Origin: Octopus bimaculoides
Lineage: Eukaryota
Assembly (NCBI RefSeq): GCF_001194135.2
Contig: NC_068982.1
Span: forward strand, 141,450,387 to 141,494,260
Length of the DNA: 43,874 bases
Reading direction: 5' to 3'
Both the position numbers and the translations under genes were made by a program. How positions within the stretch are numbered: the first letter of the stretch is position 1; the number at the start of each line of letters is the position of its first letter. Positions 22,090 through 36,019 of the stretch are shown here, one piece after another. Under the pieces are notes generated by a model. That model ran no database searches, was not told the origin of the DNA, and worked only from the letters and a program-made list of their open reading frames with translations.

Positions 22090-22951
22090 NNNNNNNNNNN
22101 NNNNNNNNNNNNNNNNNNNNNNNNNNNNNNNNNNNNNNNNNNNNNNNNNNNNNNNNNNNNNNNNNNNNNNNNNNNNNNNNNNNNNNNNNNNNNNNNNNNN
22201 NNNNNNNNNNNNNNNNNNNNNNNNNNNNNNNNNNNNNNNNNNNNNNNNNNNNNNNNNNNNNNNNNNNNNNNNNNNNNNNNNNNNNNNNNNNNNNNNNNNN
22301 NNNNNNNNNNNNNNNNNNNNNNNNNNNNNNNNNNNNNNNNNNNNNNNNNNNNNNNNNNNNNNNNNNNNNNNNNNNNNNNNNNNNNNNNNNNNNNNNNNNN
22401 NNNNNNNNNNNNNNNNNNNNNNNNNNNNNNNNNNNNNNNNNNNNNNNNNNNNNNNNNNNNNNNNNNNNNNNNNNNNNNNNNNNNNNNNNNNNNNNNNNNN
22501 NNNNNNNNNNNNNNNNNNNNNNNNNNNNNNNNNNNNNNNNNNNNNNNNNNNNNNNNNNNNNNNNNNNNNNNNNNNNNNNNNNNNNNNNNNNNNNNNNNNN
22601 NNNNNNNNNNNNNNNNNNNNNNNNNNNNNNNNNNNNNNNNNNNNNNNNNNNNNNNNNNNNNNNNNNNNNNNNNNNNNNNNNNNNNNNNNNNNNNNNNNNN
22701 NNNNNNNNNNNNNNNNNNNNNNNNNNNNNNNNNNNNNNNNNNNNNNNNNNNNNNNNNNNNNNNNNNNNNNNNNNNNNNNNNNNNNNNNNNNNNNNNNNNN
22801 NNNNNNNNNNNNNNNNNNNNNNNNNNNNNNNNNNNNNNNNNNNNNNNNNNNNNNNNNNNNNNNNNNNNNNNNNNNNNNNNNNNNNNNNNNNNNNNNNNNN
22901 NNNNNNNNNNNNNNNNNNNNNNNNNNNNNNNNNNNNNNNNNNNNNNNNNNN

Positions 22952-22976
<25 letters not shown>

Positions 22977-22982
<6 letters not shown>

Positions 22983-23539
22983 ATAATAATAATAAATGGA
23001 GCAAAACGCTTGTCAATAAAAGTTCCTTTAATTCCTACACATGTTTCAAAATAAATTAGAGCGCTTTCATAAAGAAGGAAGAGCTGTTGGGGTTTCTCAT
23101 ATTTTTCTCTTCATGGAGTTCATAATAAAACATATAATAGCAAGACAAAAACGAAATGATGAGGTAACTTACGAGCAGAGATGCTACATGGTCAGTGAGC
23201 GTTAGAAGGTTTGTTTGCATAGAGATATAAAGGGGTCAATGATATTATTCCATGGCCTTTAGGAATAATATCATTGACCCCTTTATATCTCTATGTAAAC
23301 AAACCTTCTAACGGTCACTGACCATGTAACACTTCTGCTCGTATGTTACCTCATCATTTCGTTTTTGTCTTGCTATTATATGTTTTATTATGAACTCCCT
23401 GAAGAGAAATATATGAGGAACTCCAACAGCACTTTCTTCTTTGTGAAAGGGCTCTCATTCATTTTGAAACATGTGTAGGAATTAAAGGAACTTTTATTGA
23501 CATGCGTTTTGCTCCATTTATTATTGTTATTATCCATAT
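22977..23539. repeat. ~563-bp near-perfect palindrome (arms ~278 bp)
   Basis: atatggataataataataaatggagcaaaacgc...gatattattcc | ggaataatatc...gcgttttgctccatttattattgttattatccatat. Centre ~23255; scattered mismatches. Confidence 0.95.
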
Positions 23540-23703
23540 CTTCTCAAAATGAATCACTTTAACTTGGTATCTCTACCTGTAAAACGGCTGTGATATCTTG
23601 TTTGTTACTGTAATTTTGCTACCTCTGATAACTATTAACGTATTTAAATTATCAAAGGTTTTAATAACTGAGATAATATTAATATATACATAAACTAAAA
23701 TAA

Positions 23704-23756
<53 letters not shown>

Positions 23757-23759
<3 letters not shown>

Positions 23760-23928
23760 GACGGTCTTCTTTAAGTTTCCGTCTAGCAAATCCACTCAGA
23801 AGGATTTTTCCGGCTTGGGGATATGAGGATATAGTAGGAAATACTTGCCTAAGAAGCACCGTAATGAGCCTGAACTCAGAATCATGTTGTTGGGGGGAAA
23901 GCCTCTTACCACTGAGCCGTACCTGCAT
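23757..23928 (-). mobile_element. tRNA-derived SINE, family A (head)
   Basis: Reverse complement of the family A head: cgacgg.cttctt..agtttccgtcta.caaatccactca...cttaccac. Confidence 0.85.
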
Positions 23929-25334
23929 CTATGCACACACGTACATATACACACACATGTGCAAGCGCCTGTATATACGTATCTGTCACCTACTATGCAT
24001 TTATTTATTTATATATTGATATATTAGTTATTGTCCTCGTATCTCTAAACTAGTCGTTGTCAGAGTTCTACTCACGCAATCGTGATACACAGATATTGTT
24101 TTGAGCTGAGTGGGGGTGTTAGATTCCCTTGTTCGAAAATATAAGGCCTCAAATCGTGTCGTATAGCCAACAAGAGACAATGTCTCCTGGAACTAAATTA
24201 CAGCAACATTCGTCCTAAACCAGGACTGCCATGTTATGTTGGCAAACAATCTTTAATCCAAGTTACTATTTCTGAATATCTCTCACTTTCAGATTTACAA
24301 ATAGTAATTTTCTAACGGAAAAAATATATAATACACACTTTTTCCCAAAGCCTTCTTTCGTTAGCAGGACGAGAAGGACCACTACAAAAGTTTGATATCT
24401 GAAGTTAGATAGTGGTTTCATATTAATCCGTACTACATAGCTTCAGGATGATTAGTTTTCCACTATAAACTCATGAAGAGCTATTTTTAGGCGGAAATTA
24501 TGTAAACGCCTTTTGGACGGGGAATTCTTCCTTTAGAATAATAAGCTGTGGTACACTTGAAATGTCACATGGGCTAAAATTGCACCGCTGCTCTGTTCCC
24601 TAACGTAGAACAAGCCTCTAAGCTCTGTGAAAAGTACTAAATGCCCTCCTAATTAATGCTCCTAATTTATTAGGAGGACAATAATCTGTTCATTCTCAAA
24701 CAGTATCATTATCAAGATTCGATATATTGATATGCATGATGTTTAAATTCTTTACTCTTTTTGCCTTCTATGTATATTTCATATAGTTTAGGTGCCTCAC
24801 TAAATCATTTGTGAATACCAGTAGTAATATTTCGCATATCTTACAAGATGTATCTTATTGCAAGACTCTCAATTCAAGATACAAGCGAGTGACAATGCAA
24901 TACTAATAATAATGGTAACAGTTAACGTGATCTGAGTGAATCAACAAAACCCAGGGAAATGAACTAGAAAAAGGGAAACGGTAAACATATACGATAAAAG
25001 AGCTGGAGATTAATATCCAAAGTAAGATAGAGAGAGTGTGACATAATTATGAATATGTATTGGGCATAATATCTGGCAAGAAGCCACGTAAATGTGACTT
25101 TACTTAAATGCAACAATATATCTCTCAGTTGAGTGTTTTCAGATAAAGTAACTTGCCAAAAAATATGCAGTGAAAAATATATCTACCTTTATGTTTATAT
25201 GTATACATGACAATAACAAACATTACAAAATATACGTACATACATACATATATATGTGTGTGAGGGGGTGAGGGTATTTGTGTGATTCTGTGTGTGTTCT
25301 TATTTGCATTTATGTGTGTACATACAAGACATGC

Positions 25335-25366
<32 letters not shown>

Positions 25367-27249
25367 NNNNNNNNNNNNNNNNNNNNNNNNNNNNNNNNNN
25401 NNNNNNNNNNNNNNNNNNNNNNNNNNNNNNNNNNNNNNNNNNNNNNNNNNNNNNNNNNNNNNNNNNNNNNNNNNNNNNNNNNNNNNNNNNNNNNNNNNNN
25501 NNNNNNNNNNNNNNNNNNNNNNNNNNNNNNNNNNNNNNNNNNNNNNNNNNNNNNNNNNNNNNNNNNNNNNNNNNNNNNNNNNNNNNNNNNNNNNNNNNNN
25601 NNNNNNNNNNNNNNNNNNNNNNNNNNNNNNNNNNNNNNNNNNNNNNNNNNNNATATATATATATATAAATACTTATATATATGTATTATATACATATATA
25701 CATATACGTATGCATGTATGTATGTATGCGTATATGTGGTATGTATGAGCTTATAAGCTTATGTATGTGTGTGTATTTGATTCTAAGATCAAATGCTGTA
25801 TTCTTTGATCAAACCTGAAACATAATTATGCAGAGACCATAAATATTAATAACTGGTATTACACTATTCTTTATATATTTGATGTATTTGAGTGTGAGTG
25901 GTGTGGTCTATATATTATTCTCTCTTTCTTCAATAGCAAAAATATAAGCCAATGAAAGGAGAAATAATTTGAACACATGTCAAGTTCTATACAGTTATAT
26001 TTTTTCTTATTTTGACACATAAATTGTTTGATCATTGTTTTTTATTACCTGTATTATTGCTTTTATGTTATAATATATTTCTTTTGGTCTGTGTTATCTT
26101 CCAAAAAATATTTTTTTCCACATTTTTTTTCTATTCAATGTAAAGTTGTATGAATCTGCAAATTTAATTACCCTCACATGGTAAGTCCGAATATATGATT
26201 CAGACGCATTACAATATGGATATATATGGCGTCTGAGAAATATGCTTATCGCTACGTAATATACTCGAGATTGTTATGTTTAACACAAAATATTTTAAAT
26301 ATTATGTTGTCTGTACAAAATATTATTGCTATTATTACCAGAGTGTGTAAAGAATGCTGAGTATTTCTGTAATGGAATATTTATCCAAATTTTTGGTGCA
26401 TCTTGTTTTGTAAATAATTATTTACTTATCATAAGGGAATAGTAACTTCTAGTAATTCTATAGAAGATGGTTGGAAACAGCCGACTGAAGCAAAGTTTTG
26501 AAATGAATGTAGAAGTTTCATGCTTTTGATTTGTATCATCAGTAAAAATATACTAGTTCTTATATGAGTATATAGTCATCTATCATGCTCTGTATACTAT
26601 ATTGTTTATATACTGCTTATACACATTCATTGTCACACATATATGGATGGATGGGTGTAGTGTTCATCAGTAGATTCAACGGATAAGTTTGAGGTTAACA
26701 TTTACAACTTTGGTTACATCGAATGATGTTAGCAGTTCTTTTTATGGGTAAATGTATACACTACTTTGAGTGTTGGATTGGCCATGTGCAAGGGCGCCTG
26801 GTACAGGTACAGGCCTCGCCTGATATTCAAAATCTCTGTTTCTTCAATTGTATCTTGCATCCTTCGTAATCTACTGTAATCTACTTGCATTCTACTGTAA
26901 TCTATGGCAGGTTGTAGACAAAACAATCACCGAAGAAAATCAACGATTCAATTAAGAAGTGCACGGGTGTAGGAGGTAGCACTCTATGAGCACCGTTTCA
27001 TTGAGGCACTCATCTTTTACCACGTTTCTGGGAAAGTGATGTGTCCCTACAGGACAGAGAAGCGCCATCGGTGTTGCTCGTATTTATGGAAACAATCAAC
27101 GACGGCCTTCGTAACCGATTTGCAGCCATTATCTGCGAAGTAAAAGGGCGTGCAGAGAATGAATGAAAAAAGAAACGATATTTACAATTGACTCAGTGGA
27201 AATGGATGAAGAATTAAATATGAAATACGGTACAGGGATTAATAGTCCT

Positions 27250-27665
27250 CTCCATATCGGTCCTCTCTACCTCCTAGTCACTTCTCTTCCCTTCTTTCCT
27301 CATCTCTTCCTCTTCTCGTCTCTTCTTCCCTTCCTTTCTTCCTCGTCTCTTCTTTTCTACCTCACTTCACTCCATTCCCCTTTCCTTCTTCGTCCTCTTC
27401 TTATTCCTTCCCCCTCCTCTTCTTATTCCTTCCCCCTCCTCTTACAGCTTCCCCCTCCTCTTACAGCTTCCCCCCTTATTACTCCCCTTCCAAATCTACC
27501 TCTCCTTCCTCCTCTTCCTCATGCTCCCTTTCCTCTTCCTCCCCTTTCCTATTCCCGTCTCCCTCCTCCTCATCATCATCATACACTCCCCTCCCCTCAC
27601 CCTACTCATCATCATCACCATACCCCTCCCCTCCTCCTCCTCCTCCTCCTCATCATCATCCCCAC
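27250..27665. repeat. Polypyrimidine (CT/CCT) tract with (CAT)n
   Basis: About 400 nt of almost only C and T; source of the Pro/Leu/Ser-rich spurious ORFs. Confidence 0.9.
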
Positions 27666-28282
27666 CATCACCATTGACACAGTTTTCAACTGCAATACAA
27701 ATACACGAATAGCAATCTAATTAAAATTTAATGAATACATTTTAATGAGAAATACGTCTGAAGTTTAAAGACAATAATTTTAAATANNNNNNNNNNCTCC
27801 TCATCATCATCCCCACCATCACCATTGACACAGTTTTCAACTGCAATACAAATACACGAATAGCAATCTAATTAAAATTTAATGAATACATTTTAATGAG
27901 AAATACGTCTGAAGTTTAAAGACAATAATTTTAAATATTTCCATAAAGAAATCTTAACTGAATGGACAGAGAGAGAAGATAAATGAATGAATAAACCGAT
28001 GAGATAATGAAGAACGTTTAAATGACTTATTTTACGATCACCATGTCTCATTTAGCTGGATATCATTTTATGATTTTCTTCTTCTTCAGATTTTAGCCAA
28101 TGGACTGTAACCGCACTTGGATTCCGCAAGGAAGGATATTGTTAGTCGAATTGACTTTACGATTGCTTTAAGTCTAAATCTATTCAGTTTCAGTTGGTTT
28201 GAAATATTTTGTGAAATGTGCGGTAATGTGTTGGGTGTAACTTAAAGAAGAAACGCCTCTCGACAAACACTGTTACCGTGAT

Positions 28283-28390
28283 TATCATCATCATCATAAT
28301 ATCACCATCATCATCATCAACATCATCATCATCAACATCATCATCATCAACATCATCATCATCAACATCATCATCATCATCATAATCATC

Positions 28391-28422
<32 letters not shown>
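28283..28422. repeat. (CAT)n/(CAC)n trinucleotide microsatellite with CATCATCATCAA superperiod
   Basis: Directly visible. Confidence 0.95.
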
Positions 28423-30522
28423 ACAAATGAACATCTTCAACGGATAGTTCATGAGTTGAGGCGGAATTCACAGCAATTCCACGTCGAAGAATACCGGAAG
28501 TTAATACTTACATATGTTTGATAAGATTTTCTCCAGTTGATAATATTAAATAGATAGTAGTGTTAAAACATAAAGGAAAATTAAAATACGAAATCAATGG
28601 AAAAACTGTAAAGGGAATTCGAACATTTTAATTATTTTTTAAAGTATGTTATCTAGTAGTAAGCGGAGACAATTCTTGTTAATTGAAACTGTTAACTTCA
28701 TTTTATTCTTTCCATAAGTTGAAAGACTTCATTCATTCTGAATGATCTCTGTATTTTGTTAGAGACATCCGTATCTTTTTTTCTGTATCAGACTTGATGC
28801 TAATCACTCTCCATTCATCCTTAGTAAAATATTTCTGCTTTCTCAATCCACATTTAGCGCTCCAGTAATTCAATCCTTACTGACCAAAACGTTGGCAAAG
28901 CACTCCAACCACTGTCCACCACAGTTACCAATAACGAAAATACACATTTCCTCACTTGGTATTAACTACAGCACCACTAGCAGCAAAAAAGTGAACAATC
29001 AAATAAAAAATGATATAAGCAAAATGTCAATGGAATAGTCACTGCTGGAATGGTTCCAAGTTACTTCTGCATAATGTCAGCTGGCTAAACAGTACTTAAA
29101 ACCTAATCCTTAGACATACTGACAAACACGTATATATACACAAGCACAAAGGGACACTTATCTGTCTAAATCATTATAACAATATAGCATAAACCCACAT
29201 TGCTCTAAGTCTACTTACATGTGAATGAATTTATGTCAAGTAAAATTAGGTTTTACATTTCTTTGTGGTAGACAACAAGTTTGAATGACCACTGATTCAG
29301 TCAGCTTATATGAAGAGTGTTTCGGTGACGAGTAAATATGCTTCTTAGAGTTGAATCTTAGAGTTGAATCATTAGATGCTATTTGCATTTCATTAACTAC
29401 CTTAAAAAAATGTCGCTGACATACGTGAGGTATATTTGTCGCAGTGAGTACGGTTTTCCTCACGAACTTCTTGGTATCATTTTAGCTATAACTAAAAACA
29501 AAACAAAAAAAATTATGGTCGACATTTTAAACATTGGTTTAGGGTTCAATAGTCATACATCAATAAATCCCAATGGAAACCTAATTTATACATAAAAATA
29601 GAATTATTCGCAGGAATTCCAACTATAATAAATCTATATTTTCATATTTATCTTCTAGCCGGTGTTGATAAAAGAATTTGCTATTTATTCTCATATTTAT
29701 ATAATGTAGACAGAAACAAATACAGCGAGGAACTAGCAAGTAATGGAATTCGCGGCAAATTAAGAATAAACTGTCAGGGAGAAGGGAAACTAAATGGGTT
29801 GACTATCTCGCTGAGCTTATATGTCTAAAAGTGAGAGACACTTTATTCCATATGCAGATATAAATTCCACAAGTTATTCGACTTACCCACTGTCATGATA
29901 ATTACCTCGCTTATGGTTTACAATGCTTCCAGCACAGCACGCAACAAGTTATCACAATAATATGCACGCAAGAAGCTTGTATTGAAGCTATCCAGATGCA
30001 AGAAGCGTAATCTATTTGTTTGTACTCTGCAGGAGTTATGATTTCCCAAGTCAATATTTTTTATAGGCTAACCATTATTTCGTTATTCTATTTCATTGAA
30101 ATTCCTTCGTGAAAGGAATCAAGAATATTCTCCATAATGATATGCACGTCTACAATATGAAAGGCTGGGAAAATTCCATCATTAGATGTTGTTTTATATA
30201 CAGACACCGATGCAGCTAAGAACAGTCTTTGCCTCACTAGAATGCAGCAATAACCATTCCATATCGATTTGGAACATTACTAAATTTTCATACTCTTAAT
30301 TGGCACATTGAAAGGAATTTTTTGATATCATTTTGTCATGTATTTTATGTTATATTTAGTAATGCTTCTCTAAATTTACAAGATTTACAGATTCTTTTTT
30401 CTAATGACATCTCGGGAAAATAATTACGCGAGCACCTGTCTCACTTTTCTAATTTTTGAATTATAAATAGATGCATATTTTCATGCATTGCGTCTTAGGT
30501 TTATCGCTTGTTCTACGAAACC

Positions 30523-30582
30523 TACACACACACACACACACACACGTACTCACGCATACACACACACGTACACACACACACG
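30523..30582. repeat. (CA)n microsatellite
   Basis: Directly visible. Confidence 0.9.
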
Positions 30583-31404
30583 TCTGTGTGTTAATGTGAG
30601 TACGCATGCATAAGCATGCAACATTTTATTAGATATATACTCCCGTTGATATGTATTCATAAATACAATCACATACCATGTAAGTTATCAAAGGATGGTT
30701 TCGTATCGATGAGTAACATTATTCACTCTCACTTCATGTCGATAAATGTATATGTACAACGTATTGAAATAAACCGCAGGTAACACATAATTCTAGTTTT
30801 CCTCTCGTTTCCGCTTTTATATTTGCATTTTCTCCAACTCACTTCCTCATATTATGAGACTAAGACTTCATTTAAAGCTTACACGTTGCGATGTCGAGAC
30901 AATTTACTAGTGTCATATTTGATTTTGTTCAACACAAAATTTATCATACATGCTTTGTTTGTCAATATCGAAAAGATTATTGGATATTTGCTCCTTAATA
31001 TATAATTTCCCTCTGAAGCTAGTTTTAGAATATCATGTAATCTTATGTGTAAGAACACTGAAAACATTTAGCATTGTATATAATACTAACGATAAGGCGA
31101 CAAAAGTAGTTTAGATTCATAAACATGCTAACTGTAATCTCATCTGATTTATGTATTAACATACAATGATTCGAATAAATGATAGATTCTCTACGGTTGT
31201 TAAATAGTCTTAGAAGTACAAGGGTCAATGTTAAAAACACGTTAAGTTATTTATACTGGTCTACACTGAAACTGTTTTTATTGGGTTGTGCTATATCAGT
31301 CAATAATCTTTAAGCATAAGGAACTTTACAAATTAAAGACGAATAAATTTAGATGAAACTAGAGAAAAAAATATTTACAGGTTTCAATATACATGGTGTA
31401 TATA

Positions 31405-31470
31405 TGTGTGTACATGTGTGTGTGTATGTGTGGGTGTATGTGTGTGTGTGTGTGCGTGTGTGTGTGTGTG
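31405..31470. repeat. (TG)n microsatellite
   Basis: Directly visible. Confidence 0.9.
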
Positions 31471-32979
31471 TTCATGTGTATAAAGACATTAATACTCAAC
31501 CTCCACACATATGTATACTTCTATACCATAAGCATACATACATACGTACACACACATGAATCCATATTGGAAAATGCATATATATAAAGGAAAAAATGAC
31601 ATCAAATGCGATGACAAATAAACACAAGGAAAAACAGATAGAAACACACATTGACCGCAGACAAGCACAATCTGTCATCCTTTCTTCACCAAATATCACT
31701 ATTTCCACAATATTTGACAATGTACATGCATTAGGTACAACACTGTCAATCAGGGCAGACAGAAAATAAATATTAATTAATATATACATATATGAATATG
31801 TATGTTTGTGTAATATATTTATTTAGTTCACGCTTGCCGTTTGATTAAAATAGGAATTTCTAAATTCTAACAGAATTTTGCTTTCCTTCTTAAAAATATA
31901 ATCCATTTTCGTTCAAGTAAATAAGTAGCTTTTAAGAATAATTCGTTTTCATTTGTACTTGTTCCCTTCATTTCAACAATTTTATCGGATAACAAACGTA
32001 TGGTATATATATATTAATACCAATAACAACTACAATATACATATATAAAGATATGTATATATGTGTGTGCATATATGTGTGAGAATATATTATATAGGGT
32101 GCGCTCCCAAAATTAGTACAATAACTAACATGAATAAAAAACAATATAACAGAGAGCAAAATAAAGTAGCAAGCAAGGCAATGTATATATAAATTATAAC
32201 GAGACATAATTAAATTATATCTTAGACACCTGAAATCCACAGGTATATTAAATAAATCGGATGAAAGAAACTAATTCTTGTACTAACATTATTAAGCAGA
32301 TTTGATATAAGATATATAAAATGAACGCATTCACAAGGTTACACAAATGATTCCAATGTGTATGTATGTGTATATACAAACATATATACATACGCACACG
32401 TACAAATATACATATAATATATATATATATATATATANNNNNNNNNNNNNNNNNNNNNNNNNNNNNNNNNNNNNNNNNNNNNNNNNNNNNNNNNNNNNNN
32501 NNNNNNNNNNNNNNNNNNNNNNNNNNNNNNNNNNNNNNNNNNNNNNNNNNNNNNNNNNNNNNNNNNNNNNNNNNNNNNNNNNNNNNNNNNNNNNNNNNNN
32601 NNNNNNNNNNNNNNNNNNNNNNNNNNNNNNNNNNNNNNNNNNNNNNNNNNNNNNNNNNNNNNNNNNNNNNNNNNNNNNNNNNNNNNNNNNNNNNNNNNNN
32701 NNNNNNNNNNNNNNNNNNNNNNNNNNNNNNNNNNNNNNNNNNNNNNNNNNNNNNNNNNNNNNNNNNNNNNNNNNNNNNNNNNNNNNNNNNNNNNNNNNNN
32801 NNNNNNNNNNNNNNNNNNNNNNNNNNNNNNNNNNNNNNNNNNNNNNNNNNNNNNNNNNNNNNNNNNNNNNNNNNNNNNNNNNNNNNNNNNNNNNNNNNNN
32901 NNNNNNNNNNNNNNNNNNNNNNNNNNNNNNNNNNNNNNNNNNNNNNNNNNNNNNNNNNNNNNNNNNNNNNNNNNNNNNN

Positions 32980-33024
<45 letters not shown>

Positions 33025-34449
33025 AAATGCAAAAAAATGCAAACGGTTTATATAGTTTTATTATATTTTTTATTATATTTCGAATTGAAAGATTAGTGTG
33101 TGCGTCGACCGGTTTCGCTTTCGCTAATCATAATATTGAAATTATTGTTATTTCGTATTATACTAAGAAGACGTTAGTGTGTGTAATGCATGTGGGTTTG
33201 CGAATGTAATGATCCAACAGGTAGATAAATGTAACGGGAGGTAATTGGTGATCGATATTATTCGGGACAGGGGATGTATTTCCTCATTTTGGGAGGAGGG
33301 AGTAAATAATTAAGCAAAGCAAATATTTCTATTGAAAATTTATTTATCAACAAGTACAAAACACGCCTACATATGAACGCATAACGAACTTTGATCTCAC
33401 TATATATTTTAGTTCATGTTCACATACACATCACTGTAAATATTTTATCTCACTATGTTAGCAATTGAGTATTTATATATTTATTTACACCCTACGCAGA
33501 GAATGGTTATGACGGGAATCCGTGTGACCAGATATGTAGACAATAATGCAAATGAATATGCGTTGGATTCTTTTTGTCCACCCTCAAGAAAGTCATCGGG
33601 TATATTCCAACGTTTGTTTACTTCCATTACTGATTGAATATTTTTGATGAATTACATCTCTCAACATTATGAAGTAACACTGAGACCTCAGAAAATGATG
33701 TCGGATTAGTAACACCATACCATCAAATAGCTACACTCGCATGCACACAAAACATGGAAAAAAAGCCCTCATATATAATTATTCCTTCACATGGCTAACA
33801 CACTTCTATATTCAAACACTGCCGTGTAATGACTAACTTCGTATGTTCTCTTGCTCAACTCATTTCATTCTGACAGAGAAAAATTACCGTCCCGAAATAA
33901 AACAATATCTGTTTCAATACACGATTTCACATTACGTGTTTTGTAACATAAAATTCATAAATGTGCGTGTGCGTATGTATATATAACACTTTTTAAGTAC
34001 CGAATTGAGAGAAGCATATATTTTATTAGCAATCAGCAGAAATAATTTTATATTCCTCTGTGTATCATGTTTTGGCACCACATCAAACTACATAGCAAAT
34101 AATCACCAGGAAGCTGTCCTTTGGCAGCAAAATAGAACAAGGTTAAAGAGATCAATTAAGAAATTTTGTCAGCATTTGAAGATTTATTTCAATCCACAGT
34201 GAGCACATAAACTATTTCATGGACATCAACTTAAATCACACGATCAGTGATTTAATCACACACATATATAATCATTCTAGCATTAAGAAATATCCATACA
34301 TTATAATACAGCCAACACTTCCAGTAAACGCACGTGGTACATTCGTGTGTATCTATCTATCTATCTATGTATCTATCTATCTACAGACACACATATATGT
34401 ATCGCTGACCACGACATTAAACTTTTTTCTCCTTATTTTTCGTCGTATT

Positions 34450-34486
34450 TCTTTCTGTTGAAGAGCGTAGCTCGAAACGTCAAAGA
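34450..34486 (+). ncRNA. Minimal type I hammerhead-ribozyme-like motif (1 of pair)
   Basis: TCTTT..TTGAAGA-G-CGTAGCT-C-GAAAC-GTC-AAAGA: core with C3 changed to U, minimal stem II, palindromic ACGT stem III, GTC triplet, possible stem I TCTTT/AAAGA. Confidence 0.55.
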
Positions 34487-34597
34487 CTTTCTCTATTCCC
34501 GAGCGTTAAACTAATACATCCTGTTGTTGTTTACACCACCTGTCCTCGTCTGTTGTTGCTTTTTTTGTAAATTCTCACACACAAAGATTGTCATACC

Positions 34598-34637
34598 GGC
34601 CATGACGAAGGGAAATAGCCCTGAAACTCGAGTCGCC
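34598..34637 (+). ncRNA. Minimal type I hammerhead-ribozyme-like motif (2 of pair)
   Basis: GGC-C(A)TGACGA-AGGG-AAATAG-CCCT-GAAAC-TCGA-GTC-GCC: stems I (GGC/GCC), II (AGGG/CCCT) and III (palindromic ACTCGAGT) all pair. One extra A in the core. Confidence 0.7.
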
Positions 34638-36019
34638 TTTGTATATATATATTTATATTTATATATTTATATATTTGATCCTTTATATTGAACACTCAAT
34701 ATTTCATCTACATTCAATACTTTATTTCATGGTGCCATCCATTTTTATTTTATTTTATNNNNNNNNNNNNNNNNNNNNNNNNNNNNNNNNNNNNNNNNNN
34801 NNNNNNNNNNNNNNNNNNNNNNNNNNNNNNNNNNNNNNNNNNNNNNNNNNNNNNNNNNNNNNNNNNNNNNNNNNNNNNNNNNNNNNNNNNNNNNNNNNNN
34901 NNNNNNNNNNNNNNNNNNNNNNNNNNNNNNNNNNNNNNNNNNNNNNNNNNNNNNNNNNNNNNNNNNNNNNNNNNNNNNNNNNNNNNNNNNNNNNNNNNNN
35001 NNNNNNNNNNNNNNNNNNNNNNNNNNNNNNNNNNNNNNNNNNNNNNNNNNNNNNNNNNNNNNNNNNNNNNNNNNNNNNNNNNNNNNNNNNNNNNNNNNNN
35101 NNNNNNNNNNNNNNNNNNNNNNNNNNNNNNNNNNNNNNNNNNNNNNNNNNNNNNNNNNNNATATATATATATGTGTGTGTGTGTGTGTACAGGGTTGCCC
35201 AAATGCAGGTTTACTGTTATCACGTAGGCACTTTAAATTTCTTTTAAAACATGTTATTACATTTAAATTTCAATTTTACAATGAACTGAATTAGCATAGA
35301 ATAGTAATAGAATAATGACTTAATATCATGCTCAGAGATTTGATATAACTTATTACTCCTTTTTTGAGATCAGCGACGGTTCGTTGCTGGAAAAAGCATG
35401 TAGTATTTTGCAAGTGGGGTGAGTTTTCATCACAAGCTGGTGATTAACACACGCTAAGGACGGGTAACGACCGAGAATCAAGTCTGTTTGTATCACGTAA
35501 TGCTAAGGGTGGGAGCTGTCATTAGCCAGCTGGAAGAGACATCTTCTTGGGGCTATAAACGTAAGTGTCATTGTCTCGTATAGGACGCCACACTTGGTTG
35601 GCATTTATATATTACTTTTCTGTACTACTACTGTTTACATCGCGCTCAGAGATTTAATATAGCCTACATATATATANNNNNNNNNNNNNNNNNNNNNNNN
35701 NNNNNNNNNNNNNNNNNNNNNNNNNNNNNNNNNNNNNNNNNNNNNNNNNNNNNNNNNNNNNNNNNNNNNNNNNNNNNNNNNNNNNNNNNNNNNNNNNNNN
35801 NNNNNNNNNNNNNNNNNNNNNNNNNNNNNNNNNNNNNNNNNNNNNNNNNNNNNNNNNNNNNNNNNNNNNNNNNNNNNNNNNNNNNNNNNNNNNNNNNNNN
35901 NNNNNNNNNNNNNNNNNNNNNNNNNNNNNNNNNNNNNNNNNNNNNNNNNNNNNNNNNNNNNNNNNNNNNNNNNNNNNNNNNNNNNNNNNNNTAGATTGGT
36001 GTTTCGGAAAATGAGAAAG

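Noticed and set aside
26729-27160. GC-richer island with short ORFs
   Set aside because: All frames checked contain stops and no TE or protein motif was recognised.
27646-27937. Identical 141-bp direct repeat (27646-27786 and 27797-27937)
   Set aside because: Exact copies on either side of a 10-N gap: a typical unmerged contig overlap, so an assembly artefact.
27163-28471. Pro/His-rich ORF (27163-27720) and poly-Asp ORF (28190-28471)
   Set aside because: Products of polypyrimidine and (CAT)n low-complexity tracts; no domain or splice support.
33497-33599. Possible exon; one frame gives EGF-like NGYDGNPCDQIC
   Set aside because: That frame stops after 15 codons, the alternative frame has no recognisable motif, and the donors are weak.
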